Below, in pieces: positions 11,297-21,856 of a DNA stretch of 64,000 nucleotides; the first letter of the stretch is position 1; each line of letters begins with the position of its first letter. Both the position numbers and the translations under genes were made by a program. Under the pieces are notes generated by a model. The model was not told the DNA's origin, did not search any database, and saw only the letters and a program-made list of their open reading frames with translations. Origin of the DNA: Ruminococcus sp. (GTDB lineage Bacteria > Bacillota > Clostridia > Lachnospirales > Lachnospiraceae); NCBI GenBank assembly GCA_013911065.1, contig JACERV010000012.1, positions 21,123-85,122 of the forward strand, in the 5' to 3' direction.

Positions 11297-12916
11297 ATGG
11301 CAGTAAAATATGTATTTGTTACTGGTGGAGTTGTTTCTGGTTTGGGCAAGGGCATCACCGCTGCGTCACTGGGCCGTCTGCTGAAAGCACGCGGTTATAC
11401 TGTGACCATGCAAAAATTTGACCCCTACATCAACATCGACCCCGGAACTATGAACCCGGTACAGCACGGTGAAGTGTTCGTAACTGACGACGGAGCGGAA
11501 ACAGACTTGGACCTGGGACATTATGAACGCTTTATTGATGAAAATCTGACAAAAAATTCAAATGTCACAACAGGCAAGATTTACTGGTCTGTCCTGCAAA
11601 AAGAACGCCGTGGTGATTTTGGCGGAGGAACTGTCCAGGTTATCCCCCATATCACAAATGAAATTAAAAGCAGATTTTACCGCAATCCTGCTGCTGAAGG
11701 GACGGAAATTGCTATCATAGAAGTCGGCGGAACCGTCGGCGATATTGAAAGTCAGCCTTTTTTAGAATCCATCCGTCAGTTTCAGCATGAAAAAGGTCCT
11801 GAAAATGTAGTTCTCATACATGTAACGTTAATTCCTTATCTGAAAGCCTCCCAGGAGATGAAGACCAAGCCAACCCAGGCAAGCGTAAAAGAACTTCAGG
11901 GAATGGGTATCCGTCCGGATGTCATCGTCTGCCGCTCGGAGTATCCTCTGGATACAGGCATGAAGGATAAGATTTCTTTATTCTGTAATATCCCTGCAAG
12001 TCACGTTCTTCAGAATTTGGATGTTGAATATTTATATGAAGCCCCCCTTGCCATGGAGAGAGAAAACCTGGCACAGGTTGTGTGCGAATGTCTTCACCTC
12101 GAATGCCCAGAACCGGATTTGAAAGACTGGACAGAAATGGTGGACAATCTGCGCCAGCCTACCCAGGAAGTGACCGTAGCTCTTGTAGGAAAATATATCC
12201 AGCTTCACGATGCCTATATCAGCGTGGTAGAGGCTTTAAAACATGGCGGTATCTACAGCCATACTACAGTGAATATTAAATGGATAGATGCAGAAACTCT
12301 CACCTCCGGCAACGCTGCCGATATGTTCCAGGATGTAAGCGGAATTCTTGTCCCAGGCGGCTTTGGTGACAGAGGTATAAGCGGTAAAATTGAGGCAATC
12401 CGGTATGCCCGTATCAATCATATCCCATTCCTGGGTCTGTGTCTTGGAATGCAGCTTTCTATTGTGGAATTTGCACAGGACATACTCGGTTACAACGACG
12501 CACACAGCATGGAATTAAAACCAGATACCACTCATCCGGTCATTCATATTATGCCTGACCAGATTGGAATTGAGGATATTGGGGGAACGCTGCGCCTCGG
12601 CTCCTATCCCTGTATTTTGAAAAAAGAGTCAAAAGCTTATCAATTATATGGCACTGAGGAGATCAAAGAACGCCACCGCCACCGTTATGAGGTAAACAAT
12701 GATTACCGCGAGGCTTTGGAGGAACATGGGATGATGCTCTCGGGATTATCCCCTGACGGACGCATTGTGGAAATGATAGAAATACCTGAACATCCCTGGT
12801 TTATTGCTACACAGGCACATCCTGAACTAAAGTCCAGGCCAAACCGGCCGCACCCATTATTTAAAGGCTTTGTAGAGGCATCCGTGGCAGCAAAAAATAG
12901 GGGAAATAGATCTTAG
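11297..12916 (+). CDS. pyrG: CTP synthase
   Basis: [17 protein letters not shown]-terminus. Glutamine amidotransferase motif GLCLGMQ and HRHRYEVN. Confidence 0.96.
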   Translation: MAVKYVFVTGGVVSGLGKGITAASLGRLLKARGYTVTMQKFDPYINIDPGTMNPVQHGEVFVTDDGAETDLDLGHYERFIDENLTKNSNVTTGKIYWSVLQKERRGDFGGGTVQVIPHITNEIKSRFYRNPAAEGTEIAIIEVGGTVGDIESQPFLESIRQFQHEKGPENVVLIHVTLIPYLKASQEMKTKPTQASVKELQGMGIRPDVIVCRSEYPLDTGMKDKISLFCNIPASHVLQNLDVEYLYEAPLAMERENLAQVVCECLHLECPEPDLKDWTEMVDNLRQPTQEVTVALVGKYIQLHDAYISVVEALKHGGIYSHTTVNIKWIDAETLTSGNAADMFQDVSGILVPGGFGDRGISGKIEAIRYARINHIPFLGLCLGMQLSIVEFAQDILGYNDAHSMELKPDTTHPVIHIMPDQIGIEDIGGTLRLGSYPCILKKESKAYQLYGTEEIKERHRHRYEVNNDYREALEEHGMMLSGLSPDGRIVEMIEIPEHPWFIATQAHPELKSRPNRPHPLFKGFVEASVAAKNRGNRS

Positions 12917-13051
12917 AGAAATTCGTTTTTAGTATGAAGAAGGGCTGTCGGGAAATGGGAGATGGCAGAAGGGAATCTCTGCATTCTGGAATCTTGTACC
13001 AAAGTGTGATACACTGTAGGAAAAGAATTAAGCAAGATAAGGAGGGGTTCT

Positions 13052-13870
13052 ATGGAAACAATGGAGATTTCTAATGTTTTATTTGCATTCGGTTTGACAC
13101 TTTTTGCTGGCCTGTCCACGGGTATAGGCAGTGCATTGTCCTTGTTGACCAAACAAACCAACCGGAGGTTTTTGTCCTTATCGTTGGGATTTTCTGCGGG
13201 TGTAATGATTTATGTCTCCTTTGCGGAGATTTTGGTCAAGGCCAATGATGCGCTGACAGCTTCATTGGGTGAAAAAATGGGCGCGTGGGCAGCGGCAGGC
13301 GGCTTCTTTTTTGGTATTTTGATCATTGCAATCATTGATAAATTCATTCCTGAAGCAGAAAACCCGCATGAAATACATACCGTAGAAGAAATGGATGGGC
13401 AAAGCGAAGAACATAAAACAAAACTTATGCGTATGGGTTTGTTTACTGCACTTGCAATTGCAATACATAACTTTCCGGAGGGCCTTGCGACCTTTACGGC
13501 AGCATTGTCCGATCCTAAGCTGGGAGTCCCGATTGCAGTTGCGATTGCGATTCATAACATTCCAGAGGGCATTGCAGTTGCAGTCCCTGTATTCTATGCG
13601 ACTGGCAGCCGCCAAAAGGCATTCCGCCTGTCGTTCTTATCCGGATTATCTGAGCCAGTGGGTGCGCTGATCGGATATATTTTACTGTATCGGTTCTTTA
13701 GTGATACTATGTTTGGGTTTATTTTTGCAGCGGTGGCCGGCATTATGGTGTATATCAGCTTAGATGAGCTGCTGCCTTCAGCACGTGAATATGGAGAGCA
13801 CCACCTGTCAATCTATGGATTAGTAGCCGGTATGGTTGTGATGGCAGTGAGCTTGCTTTTATTTTTGTAA
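13052..13870 (+). CDS. zupT: ZIP-family zinc transporter ZupT
   Basis: Two HNFPEG/HNIPEG motifs and multiple TM helices. Length is 272 aa. Confidence 0.88.
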   Translation: METMEISNVLFAFGLTLFAGLSTGIGSALSLLTKQTNRRFLSLSLGFSAGVMIYVSFAEILVKANDALTASLGEKMGAWAAAGGFFFGILIIAIIDKFIPEAENPHEIHTVEEMDGQSEEHKTKLMRMGLFTALAIAIHNFPEGLATFTAALSDPKLGVPIAVAIAIHNIPEGIAVAVPVFYATGSRQKAFRLSFLSGLSEPVGALIGYILLYRFFSDTMFGFIFAAVAGIMVYISLDELLPSAREYGEHHLSIYGLVAGMVVMAVSLLLFL

Positions 13871-13873
13871 TCA

Positions 13874-13924
13874 GAATGCCGCATAATTTTCATACAGCAG
13901 TTGTATGAAAATTATGCGACATTC
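13874..13924. terminator. Long hairpin between the convergent zupT and PAP2 genes
   Basis: gaatgccgcataattttcataca pairs with tgtatgaaaattatgcgacattc (23-bp stem, one mismatch). Confidence 0.7.
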
Positions 13925-13962
13925 TCTTTCCATTATTACAGACTTTTCAGCAGACATATTGC

Positions 13963-14526
13963 TTATTCTAATTTTGCCGCGGAATCTGGCTTACTTTTTC
14001 TGCCTATGTATGCCACAATGCATACCGCTGCCCACGCAGCAAAGGTTCCTATGGCCAGGCCTGCGAGTATATCGCTTGGGTAATGAACGCCAAGATACAT
14101 ACGGGAGAAGGCAATCAGAGAAGCTAATACTACCGCCGCTATCCCCCATTTTTTAGGAAGCATCCTATAGTACACCAGTGCGGCGGCAAAAGAGGCACAC
14201 GTATGCCCCGACGGGAAGGAATAGTCATGTGGTTTTTCTATCAAAAGCCTCAATCCTTCCACCACCTCATAAGGGCGTATTCTTGCCACCAGGGTTTTCA
14301 GCGTCACATTTGTGAGCAGCGCACCAATTGCTACAGCTAGTATAGCTGTAATTCCAATGGTTCTTGTCTTCTTTGGAATCAGCATCAGAGCAGATACAGC
14401 CAGCCAAAACCATCCTGTATCCCCTAATGATGTAATAAATATCCAAAAAGACTCCATCCAGTCCTTCCGGATATGCTCCTGTATAAAAAGTAAAATATCT
14501 CCATCCAATTGTATAAGAAAATCCAT
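13963..14526 (-). CDS. PAP2-family phosphatase (undecaprenyl-diphosphatase-like membrane protein)
   Basis: PAP2 motifs KxxxxxxRP (KTLVARIRP), PSGH (SFPSGHT) and SRxxxxxHxxxD (SRMYLGVHYPSD). Start preferred at the ATG at 14526 (MDFLIQ), which follows AAGGGA. The track start at 14547 is a GTG. Confidence 0.85.
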   Translation of the reverse strand: MDFLIQLDGDILLFIQEHIRKDWMESFWIFITSLGDTGWFWLAVSALMLIPKKTRTIGITAILAVAIGALLTNVTLKTLVARIRPYEVVEGLRLLIEKPHDYSFPSGHTCASFAAALVYYRMLPKKWGIAAVVLASLIAFSRMYLGVHYPSDILAGLAIGTFAAWAAVCIVAYIGRKSKPDSAAKLE

Positions 14527-14549
14527 AGGTATTCCCTTCATTTGCACGC

Positions 14550-14580
14550 ATCATTGAGCGTTAATAGTTCAATAAGTATA
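14550..14580 (-). promoter_or_regulatory. Degenerate copy of the TTATTGAAC-N7-GTTCAATAA palindrome overlapping a TATACT -10 hexamer, upstream of the PAP2 gene
   Basis: Plus strand reads atcattgagc-gttaata-gttcaataag, then tata. The minus strand reads TATACTTATTGAAC... Confidence 0.45.
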
Positions 14581-14635
14581 TCATACTATCAGCAAAAGTG
14601 TCATCTTCTTTTACTCACCCTTTTCAAAGGTAAGT

Positions 14636-15796
14636 TTACTCTTTCTTCTCATTCTTGAGGTAGGCCTCCACTGCAGGATCTTTCATCTCATAAGTCCGAT
14701 GGTACTCCTTCGTCTCCACTTCCTTCCAGGTCTCACTCCGGTTCTGTGACAAAAACCTGGTCAGCGCATAACAATCTACCCAGATCTCATTATTCCCCTC
14801 TTTCTGACTCTCATCAAAAATCAGCTGCAGTCCCCAGTGCAGATGAGTCTGCTTGATATTATTCACATTTTCCGTGGTGCTATATCCGGTATGCCCCATA
14901 TACCCGATTACATCGCCGGCCGTTACTGCACTGCCCTCTTCCAGCGACTTATTAAATGGAAAGTTCTGCCTTAGATGAGCATAATAATAATACCGTCTCC
15001 CATCAAAACTCCGAATCCCGATGCGCCAGCCTCCGTACTGATTCCATCCCAATACTTCCACATACCCACTCTCGATTGCTGTTATCGGTGTTCCCACCTG
15101 CCCCATCATGTCATGTCCCAAATGGTTTCTACGGTATCCATAGCTCCTGGAAACCCCGAAATCATCAAACTCAGAATAGGGATATCCCTTTGCAACAGGA
15201 CCAAATGCTTTCAAGCCATAACATTTCTTCCATACTTTTTCATCTGATCCTTCCTCTGCAGGTTTCTCAATTTCGTATACTCCCACCATTCCATCCAGCA
15301 CAGCCCCGTATGCCTCCCGGTAGTATCCATAATATTGCATATCTGCGGTTAATTCCTCTATGGTTGTATCACCTGCCAGAATCTTTTCTGCAACTTCAGT
15401 CATATCCTTTTCCCGGTACCTGGTGAAATCCCCCCCATATTTTGCCCCAAGATAGGCCAAAAGATCCACCCAGTTCAGGTGTATCTCTTCCATATAAGTA
15501 TCCACATCGTATGTATAGGCCTTGTTCAGCGCCCCATAGGTAACATTAAATTCTACCCACTTAATAAAATCTTTTTCTTCCGTTTCTGTGCCCTTTTCTG
15601 TGTCTGTTTCCGTGTCTGTTTCCGTATCTGTTTCTGGGTCTGTTTCTGTACCCGTCTCCGCCGTCACCGAAACGGCATCTTGCTTATTTTCAAGTCCGGT
15701 CAGATTTTTGACCTGCCAGATGCCGAGTATCAGAAACAAAAGCAGTATTTCTACTATAATCCCAAAAGGGGAAATAAAACGTTTGCGCATGTGCAA
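14636..15796 (-). CDS. M23-family metallopeptidase with an N-terminal TM anchor and a (T-E-T-D)n acidic repeat
   Basis: HLGHDM (HxxxD) and THLHWGL (HxH) M23 zinc motifs. The N-terminus is hydrophobic. Confidence 0.88.
   Translation of the reverse strand: MHMRKRFISPFGIIVEILLLFLILGIWQVKNLTGLENKQDAVSVTAETGTETDPETDTETDTETDTEKGTETEEKDFIKWVEFNVTYGALNKAYTYDVDTYMEEIHLNWVDLLAYLGAKYGGDFTRYREKDMTEVAEKILAGDTTIEELTADMQYYGYYREAYGAVLDGMVGVYEIEKPAEEGSDEKVWKKCYGLKAFGPVAKGYPYSEFDDFGVSRSYGYRRNHLGHDMMGQVGTPITAIESGYVEVLGWNQYGGWRIGIRSFDGRRYYYYAHLRQNFPFNKSLEEGSAVTAGDVIGYMGHTGYSTTENVNNIKQTHLHWGLQLIFDESQKEGNNEIWVDCYALTRFLSQNRSETWKEVETKEYHRTYEMKDPAVEAYLKNEKKE
15588..15659 (-). repeat. Tandem 12-bp in-frame repeats encoding TETD/PETD units
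   Basis: gtgtctgtttcc x2, gtatctgtttct and gggtctgtttct, plus degenerate flanking units. Confidence 0.8.
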
Positions 15797-15897
15797 GCTC
15801 CTGCGAATGAACTCTTAACAGTCTATGCGCCATGAACGCAACAAATACTTCTGAATATACTGAATATAAACTACTATTATGATGTCAGGAGCAGATT

Positions 15898-16503
15898 ATG
15901 CATCTTATTTCATCCCTTCTATTCGCCATTTCTGCAAATATAGACAGCTTTATTGTTGGGATATCCTACGGAATTAAAAAATCAAATATTAGTCTTTTAA
16001 AAAGCTCTATGATTAGTCTGGTCACCCTGCTCGGTACTGTGTCAGCAATCCTTATGGGGACGGAAATTTCACGCTTTCTTCCGCCATCCTCTTCACAGGC
16101 CATCGGGTGCACTCTTTTAATTGGCCTTGGACTGTATTATATCTTAAAATCCCTTTACGGTTATTTTCGTAAAAAATACAAAAAATCAGAGGTAACATCC
16201 AATGAGGTTACTTCCTGTTCCCAGGATAAGGGCCGGCCAAAAGATTCCCTTCTCACAATAAAGGAAGGGCTTTTTCTGGGGCTTGCTCTTTCTATTAATA
16301 ACGTCGGTATGGGGATTGGAGCCAGTATTACCGGCCTGAGGCTTGTGCCCACAGCCATCTTTTCCTTTCTTGTGTCTGTAACATTTCTTTATACAGGCAG
16401 CGTTATAGGAAAAACAAAAATGCCCCGGATTTCCGACCGGACAGCAGATGTTCTGTCAGGGCTTATACTGATAGGACTGGGAATTTATGAACTACTTCTT
16501 TAA
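15898..16503 (+). CDS. MntP/YtaF-family membrane protein (Mn efflux pump-like / sporulation membrane protein YtaF-like)
   Basis: The ANIDSFIVGISYG and SINNVGMGIGA repeats are typical of the MntP/YtaF (DUF204) fold. Two hydrophobic halves are separated by a basic linker. Confidence 0.65.
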   Translation: MHLISSLLFAISANIDSFIVGISYGIKKSNISLLKSSMISLVTLLGTVSAILMGTEISRFLPPSSSQAIGCTLLIGLGLYYILKSLYGYFRKKYKKSEVTSNEVTSCSQDKGRPKDSLLTIKEGLFLGLALSINNVGMGIGASITGLRLVPTAIFSFLVSVTFLYTGSVIGKTKMPRISDRTADVLSGLILIGLGIYELLL

Positions 16504-17483
16504 AAAATGACATCTCCGGGAAGGCGGTCAGATAGAACTGCAGGCACAGAAAAAATTTCTTGTTCGTCAAACAGGGCTTTTACTACTTTTTCATATGCTG
16601 CCAGTTTCTCCGCCTTCTTAATCTTTTTCCCATACTTTTCATAATTGGTAAATACAGAAGCCATATAAAACCACAATTCCTTCATTTTAAACAGCACATT
16701 CTTCTCTCCATACAAAATTTCCTGATACTTCTCATATATCTGATTGTGAAATGCCTCAAGCGCAGGCTTCTCCAAGGATGCCTTCCTGCGGATTGCCGGC
16801 ACCAGACCCGGATTGGATAAAATTCCCCTTCCAAGCATCACGCGGTCCACCGTTGGAAATGCGGCAGTAAACCTTTCATAATCCTGTACAGTGAAAAGGT
16901 CCCCGTTATAACACACACTGCATTTGCTATGTTCCAATGCCGCTCCAAACACTTCCCAGTTGGGTGTATTTTTATAAAAATCCGTCTGCAGTCTGGGATG
17001 GATAATAAGCTCTTCCAAGGGATATTGATTGTATATTTCCAGCAGTCTTTCAAATTCTTCCGGGCTTTCCTTGCCGATACGGGTTTTGATGGATATTTTC
17101 ATATTTGTCTGCTCAAATATTTCTTCCAAAAAACAATTCAGCTTATTCGGAAATGCCAGAAAACCAGAACCCCGACCCTTTGACACTACGGTTTTGGACG
17201 GGCAGCCCAGGTTCAGGTTAACTTCCTCGTACCCGTACTTTTGGAGCTTCCAGGCTGTTCTGATAAAATCCTCTGCCGAATTGGTCAGAATCTGGGGAAC
17301 TGCATGCACCCCTTCATTGTGTCCCGGTAAGATGTTCTCTTTTTCCCTTGAACTGAGATGTCCGAACTGGTTCGGACTGATAAAGGGAATAAAATACTTG
17401 TCCATTCCCCCAAAATATTTATGATATGCACTCCGGTACACATGTCCGGTAATTCCCTCTAAGGGAGCCAAATAAAATTTCAT
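16500..17483 (-). CDS. tRNA-dihydrouridine synthase family flavoprotein
   Basis: LAPLEGITG N-terminus and the NLGCPS catalytic-Cys motif of the Dus family. Confidence 0.8.
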   Translation of the reverse strand: MKFYLAPLEGITGHVYRSAYHKYFGGMDKYFIPFISPNQFGHLSSREKENILPGHNEGVHAVPQILTNSAEDFIRTAWKLQKYGYEEVNLNLGCPSKTVVSKGRGSGFLAFPNKLNCFLEEIFEQTNMKISIKTRIGKESPEEFERLLEIYNQYPLEELIIHPRLQTDFYKNTPNWEVFGAALEHSKCSVCYNGDLFTVQDYERFTAAFPTVDRVMLGRGILSNPGLVPAIRRKASLEKPALEAFHNQIYEKYQEILYGEKNVLFKMKELWFYMASVFTNYEKYGKKIKKAEKLAAYEKVVKALFDEQEIFSVPAVLSDRLPGDVIF

Positions 17484-17487
17484 TCTG

Positions 17488-18441
17488 TTACTCTTCTTTC
17501 TCCCATTTTAGCTTTTTCAGTATAGCATTCCGCCCATTTGGCGTAAAGCATAATCTGAAATCCAGCCTGCCCTCTGAAAGTATCAGCCCCGTCAGAGCCA
17601 AACCTGCTCCTGCCGCCGCCACTCCCGTTAACTTTTCATGCAGGACTAAGACAGAAGTTATAATCGTTACCACCGGGGATACATAAATATACACACTTGT
17701 CCGCACTGCGCCCAAAATCTGTACGGCAAAATTCCAGGTCACAAAACCAAGGGCTGATGCTACCACTCCCAAAAACAAAATATTCAGCAGATTTACAGGC
17801 TCCATAAGTACAGTCAGCTTAGGCCGGAAGTCAAATATCACTGCCGCCGGAATCATGAACAGAATTCCATACCCAAACATGCACCTGGTTACCCGTATGG
17901 TGGAATAACCACATCCGCTGATTTTTTTCGTCAGCACAGAATAACAAGCCCATACAAAGGCCGCTGTAAGGGCAAGTAAATCTCCCTTGGGGTTCAATTG
18001 AAGACTGGCACTCCCGCTAAAGCTCATCATTCCAATCCCCACCATTGCAAACCCAAATCCCACAAAAAAGGGTAAATGGAACTTGCCCTCTTCTTTCAGA
18101 AATATACGGCTCAGAAGCGCGGTAAAAAACGGTGCTGCTGATATGATGACCCCTACATTCGATACCAGTGTATAAGTCAGAGCAATATTTTCCAGGAGAA
18201 AATAAAGACAATTTCCACACAGCCCCGCAGCGGCAAATATCCATTCCTGTGACCTGTTCTCCAAGTGTAACTTGCCCGGCTTCACAAGAAATAGCAGTAT
18301 GTACCCTATCACAGACCTAAAAATCAGTATCTCCACCGGCTTGAAATCTGTAAGCAGCACTTTCGTAGAAATATAAGTAGTTCCCCACACCATAATAGTC
18401 GATAATGCTGCTAAATGTCCAATTCCTTTATTTTTTGTCAT
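17488..18441 (-). CDS. EamA/DMT-superfamily transporter
   Basis: About 10 TM helices in a duplicated EamA-like arrangement. Its stop lies only 4 nt before the Dus start. Confidence 0.75.
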   Translation of the reverse strand: MTKNKGIGHLAALSTIMVWGTTYISTKVLLTDFKPVEILIFRSVIGYILLFLVKPGKLHLENRSQEWIFAAAGLCGNCLYFLLENIALTYTLVSNVGVIISAAPFFTALLSRIFLKEEGKFHLPFFVGFGFAMVGIGMMSFSGSASLQLNPKGDLLALTAAFVWACYSVLTKKISGCGYSTIRVTRCMFGYGILFMIPAAVIFDFRPKLTVLMEPVNLLNILFLGVVASALGFVTWNFAVQILGAVRTSVYIYVSPVVTIITSVLVLHEKLTGVAAAGAGLALTGLILSEGRLDFRLCFTPNGRNAILKKLKWEKEE

Positions 18442-18534
18442 CTTTCCTATCCCTTCCCCACGGTGTGAATCAACGCTTCCCCGACATACCAGGCAGCATC
18501 AAGTCTAGTATCATCAAATCATACTTTTCCTATT

Positions 18535-19332
18535 CTACACGATTGTGAAGAAGAAAGAAAGAGCAAGAAACAGAAAAATAACGCTGTAAGCCAATTTGTC
18601 ATTTTTCCCATATGTAAGGGGATACATTCTGGAGGTCGGTTTATCTCCTGTATACCCTCTCGCTTCCATAGCCATCGCTAAATCGGAAGCCCTGCGGACC
18701 GTAGACAAAAATAATGGGGCCAGTATAGTAAAGACATTTTTACATTTCCGAATAAAGGAACCCTTTTCAAATTCAGCTCCTCTTGCCGCCTGAGCATCCA
18801 TCAATACGTTTAGTTCTTCAAGCATAATAGGAATGAAACGAAAAGCAATCATTACAATTACAGCCATATCATGTATGGGAACATGTATTTTCTGTAAAAA
18901 TGAAAATGCCTTTTCCAACCCGTCAGCCAGTGCTCTTGGGGTGGATGTATAAGACAAAAGGGATGCCCCTGTAATCATCAGTGCAATTCTTGAAGTCATT
19001 CCTATTGCTTTCACAATTCCTTCTTCTGTCACCGAAAAAAATCCCCACTGGTATAACAGTGTTCCGGGAGTAGCAATCAGGCGGAAGAGAAAGGTGAAAA
19101 ACAACAGCAGCACAATCCCTTTGAGGCCTTTCAAAAGATAGGACACGGGGACCTGGGCCAAATAGTACAGTATCAGTATCACTCCAAGACAGAGCAGATA
19201 CCACCAGGGATTTTTCACCAGAAATAGTACGATAATATACACAAGAACCCCCATCATCTTTGTGCGCGGGTCAAGCTGATGAATCAAAGAGTCGCCTGCA
19301 TAATATTGTCCGATTGTAATATCACGAATCAT
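18535..19332 (-). CDS. ecfT: ECF transporter transmembrane (T) component
   Basis: Size, hydrophobicity and the conserved ARGxE-type coupling helices (AQAARGAEFE, AMEARGY). It overlaps the upstream ATPase gene by 11 nt. Confidence 0.85.
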   Translation of the reverse strand: MIRDITIGQYYAGDSLIHQLDPRTKMMGVLVYIIVLFLVKNPWWYLLCLGVILILYYLAQVPVSYLLKGLKGIVLLLFFTFLFRLIATPGTLLYQWGFFSVTEEGIVKAIGMTSRIALMITGASLLSYTSTPRALADGLEKAFSFLQKIHVPIHDMAVIVMIAFRFIPIMLEELNVLMDAQAARGAEFEKGSFIRKCKNVFTILAPLFLSTVRRASDLAMAMEARGYTGDKPTSRMYPLTYGKNDKLAYSVIFLFLALSFFFTIV

Positions 19333-21133
19333 GCTGTTCTCCTCTCCTGAATCCCTGTATAATCATCTCCTCCGCCTCCTGAACGGTTACTGCGGGAGAT
19401 TCGATTGGAAATCCTTCCTCCATAAGTCTTTCTGTAACACTTGTAATCTGGGGCACTCCGATTTCAATTTCCTGCAAAAGCCCGACCTGAGTAAACAGCT
19501 CTTTGGGAGTACCTGTAAGCAAAAACCTGCCTTGATGCAAAACCCATACCTTATCCGCGTAGTCTGCCACATCTTCCATATGATGGGATACCAGTACAAT
19601 TGCAATCTTCTTTTCTTTTTTTATCTTCTCTAATAGTTCAAATATCCTTCGTTTTGTTTCAGGATCTAATCCTGCCGCAGGTTCATCCATAACTAAAATT
19701 TGCGGCTCCATTGCAAGCACACCGGCAATCGCTACACAGCGCTTCTGCCCGCCCGACAGTTCAAAAGGACTGACGGAGTGATAAGACTCGTCGATTCCCA
19801 CCAATTTTAAGCTCTCTTTTGCGGAAGCCTCGGCTTCTTCTCTTGTCATCCCTAAATTTAAAGGCCCAAACATTGTATCTGTAAGGACAGTCTTTCCAAA
19901 TAGCTGATGCTCCGGGTACTGAAAAACAAGCCCCACTTCTTTTCTTAAACCTGTAAGGGAATACTTTTTATCATAAATGTTCCTGCCTTCAAAATATATT
20001 TCTCCGGAATCCGCTCTGAGCAGTCCGTTTAAATGCTTCATCAGGGTAGTCTTCCCTGAACCTGAAGTGCCAATAAGGCCGATAAAATCACCTTCTTGTA
20101 TTTCAAAAGAAATAGCATCTAATACTTTGGTTTCCCCTACTGTGCCTTTGCCATAAGTAAATTTCAGGTTTTCACCTTTTAGTAATACTCTGCGCTCTTC
20201 CTGTTGTGGACGTATCGTTTCAGTATCCCCTGCCTTTTTCAGATTTCCAGATATATCTTTGGGTTCCTCGCCCTCCAGCTTCAAGCCATTGGAACATGTT
20301 CCTCTTAACGCCCTGATTAACTGCTCTTCTGTCAATACAGGAATCTCTATGGGTATACCCCGCTTCTTTAACCTGCAGGCCAGCTCTGTCACCTGTGGGA
20401 CATCCATTTTCACCTGCCGGAGCAGTTCCAGGTCATTAAATATCTCCTTTGGTGTCCCCTGCCGGAGAATACACCCTTTATCCATTAAAATTACAGTATC
20501 TGCCTGCACCACTTCATCCGTATGGTGTGTAATTAAAATAATCGTAATTCCATTTTCCTTATTTAGCCTGTGAATGACATTCAATACCTCTTTCCGGGAT
20601 TTAGGGTCCAGCATGGCTGTAGGTTCATCCAGCACAATACACTCCGGATTTCCTGCCAGAACTCCGGCAATTGCTGTCCGCTGTTTCTGTCCGCCCGACA
20701 AGCGGGAGGGCGCATCCTTTCTTTTATGCAGCAAGCCAACAGCATGCAGGCTGTCGGCCACTTTTTTCTGAATCATTTCAGAAGGCAAATTTTTATTTTC
20801 GGGGCCAAAAGCTACATCTTCCTCTACACTTGTACCAATAATCTGATTCTCAGGATTCTGGAAGACCATTCCCACTGTATTGCGGATTTCTCCCAATTTT
20901 TCTTGATCCCGGGTATTCTTTCCATCTATCCATACTGTACCCGAATCCGGTAATAAAAGAACATTCAGGTGTTTTGCTAAAGTGGATTTTCCCGAACCAT
21001 TTGGCCCAAGTATGGCAATAAAACAGCCGGATGGAATATCTAACGATATTCCATCCAGTGCAGTTTTTTTACTCTTTTTATTGTCATTTTCCCATACGGT
21101 ATATTTATGTATAAGATTTTTGATATTTATCAT
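19322..21133 (-). CDS. Fused tandem ECF ATPase (EcfA-EcfA' in one 603-aa polypeptide)
   Basis: Two complete ABC cassettes. The first has GPNGSGKST / LSGGQKQR / IVLDEPT. The second has GTSGSGKTT / LSGGQKRC / LVMDEPA. Confidence 0.9.
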   Translation of the reverse strand: MINIKNLIHKYTVWENDNKKSKKTALDGISLDIPSGCFIAILGPNGSGKSTLAKHLNVLLLPDSGTVWIDGKNTRDQEKLGEIRNTVGMVFQNPENQIIGTSVEEDVAFGPENKNLPSEMIQKKVADSLHAVGLLHKRKDAPSRLSGGQKQRTAIAGVLAGNPECIVLDEPTAMLDPKSRKEVLNVIHRLNKENGITIILITHHTDEVVQADTVILMDKGCILRQGTPKEIFNDLELLRQVKMDVPQVTELACRLKKRGIPIEIPVLTEEQLIRALRGTCSNGLKLEGEEPKDISGNLKKAGDTETIRPQQEERRVLLKGENLKFTYGKGTVGETKVLDAISFEIQEGDFIGLIGTSGSGKTTLMKHLNGLLRADSGEIYFEGRNIYDKKYSLTGLRKEVGLVFQYPEHQLFGKTVLTDTMFGPLNLGMTREEAEASAKESLKLVGIDESYHSVSPFELSGGQKRCVAIAGVLAMEPQILVMDEPAAGLDPETKRRIFELLEKIKKEKKIAIVLVSHHMEDVADYADKVWVLHQGRFLLTGTPKELFTQVGLLQEIEIGVPQITSVTERLMEEGFPIESPAVTVQEAEEMIIQGFRRGEQHDS

Positions 21134-21164
21134 GATCTAATCTCTTCTGTTCCCTTCTTAAATT

Positions 21165-21308
21165 GTAACAGTTCAGCCATAAGCTCGATTACGCATACTT
21201 CATCTCGCTTTGGCAGAACGCCAAATAAATTTTCAGGGATATATACCATGCGTAATCAAGCTTTCTCCGGGCATACATCCCTGAAAATTTGCATGGCTGA
21301 ACTGTTAC
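21165..21308 (-). other. Nested perfect inverted-repeat element between the ECF S-component and ATPase genes
   Basis: Perfect 16-bp stem at 21165-21180/21293-21308. Perfect 14-bp stem at 21227-21240/21277-21290. Perfect 10-bp stem at 21187-21196/21248-21257, which crosses the 14-bp stem. A 6-bp hairpin at 21209-21214/21220-21225. Confidence 0.7.
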
Positions 21309-21856
21309 TTAAAATTCTCCAAAAAACGCAGCGGCATTGATTTAATCAGAAGGCATCCAATGATACAGGTCCCCACTTTATCAATTAAGTTGGAAGCTAC
21401 ATTCCTTAAAAAAGATGCCTGGAAAATAGTCTTTCCGCCTTTCACCAAAGACATCACGAGAACATCGGAAAACGATCCGTTCAGCCCCCCATATACGAAA
21501 ATACCAATTGGTGTCCCAATTGCCGGGCAGATAAAACTCAATGCCAGACCTGTCAGAACCGCAGGTATCAGTCCAAAGCCAAACTTTTTAGCAACAAGGC
21601 CGACAATCAGACCAACTGCCATATTTACCAGACAAAATGGAATATCTGACACACTATAGATTAACCCTGTAATAATATTACTTAAAGCACCCACAATAAC
21701 TCCAGGAAGAGGTCCTAAAATTGCTGCGGACAATACAGTTCCTAAAGTATCCAGGTAAAGGGGAATTCCTAAAGCCGATGTAAGAATACCCAGTACGATA
21801 TTCATGGCAACTGCTACCCCGCAAAATGCAGTTACATATACCTTTTTGTTTTTCAT
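21305..21856 (-). CDS. ECF transporter substrate-specific (S) component, substrate unknown
   Basis: 183 aa with about 6 TM helices and Gly-rich helices. It sits directly upstream of the A/T components, and its start overlaps the upstream stop by 4 nt. Confidence 0.7.
   Translation of the reverse strand: MKNKKVYVTAFCGVAVAMNIVLGILTSALGIPLYLDTLGTVLSAAILGPLPGVIVGALSNIITGLIYSVSDIPFCLVNMAVGLIVGLVAKKFGFGLIPAVLTGLALSFICPAIGTPIGIFVYGGLNGSFSDVLVMSLVKGGKTIFQASFLRNVASNLIDKVGTCIIGCLLIKSMPLRFLENFK

Noticed and set aside
15797-15897. yybP-ykoY Mn2+ riboswitch upstream of the MntP/YtaF-like gene
   Set aside because: The gap is only about 100 nt and lacks the conserved GGAGAGTAG and GGGGAGTA blocks. It contains only a ctgaatata direct repeat.
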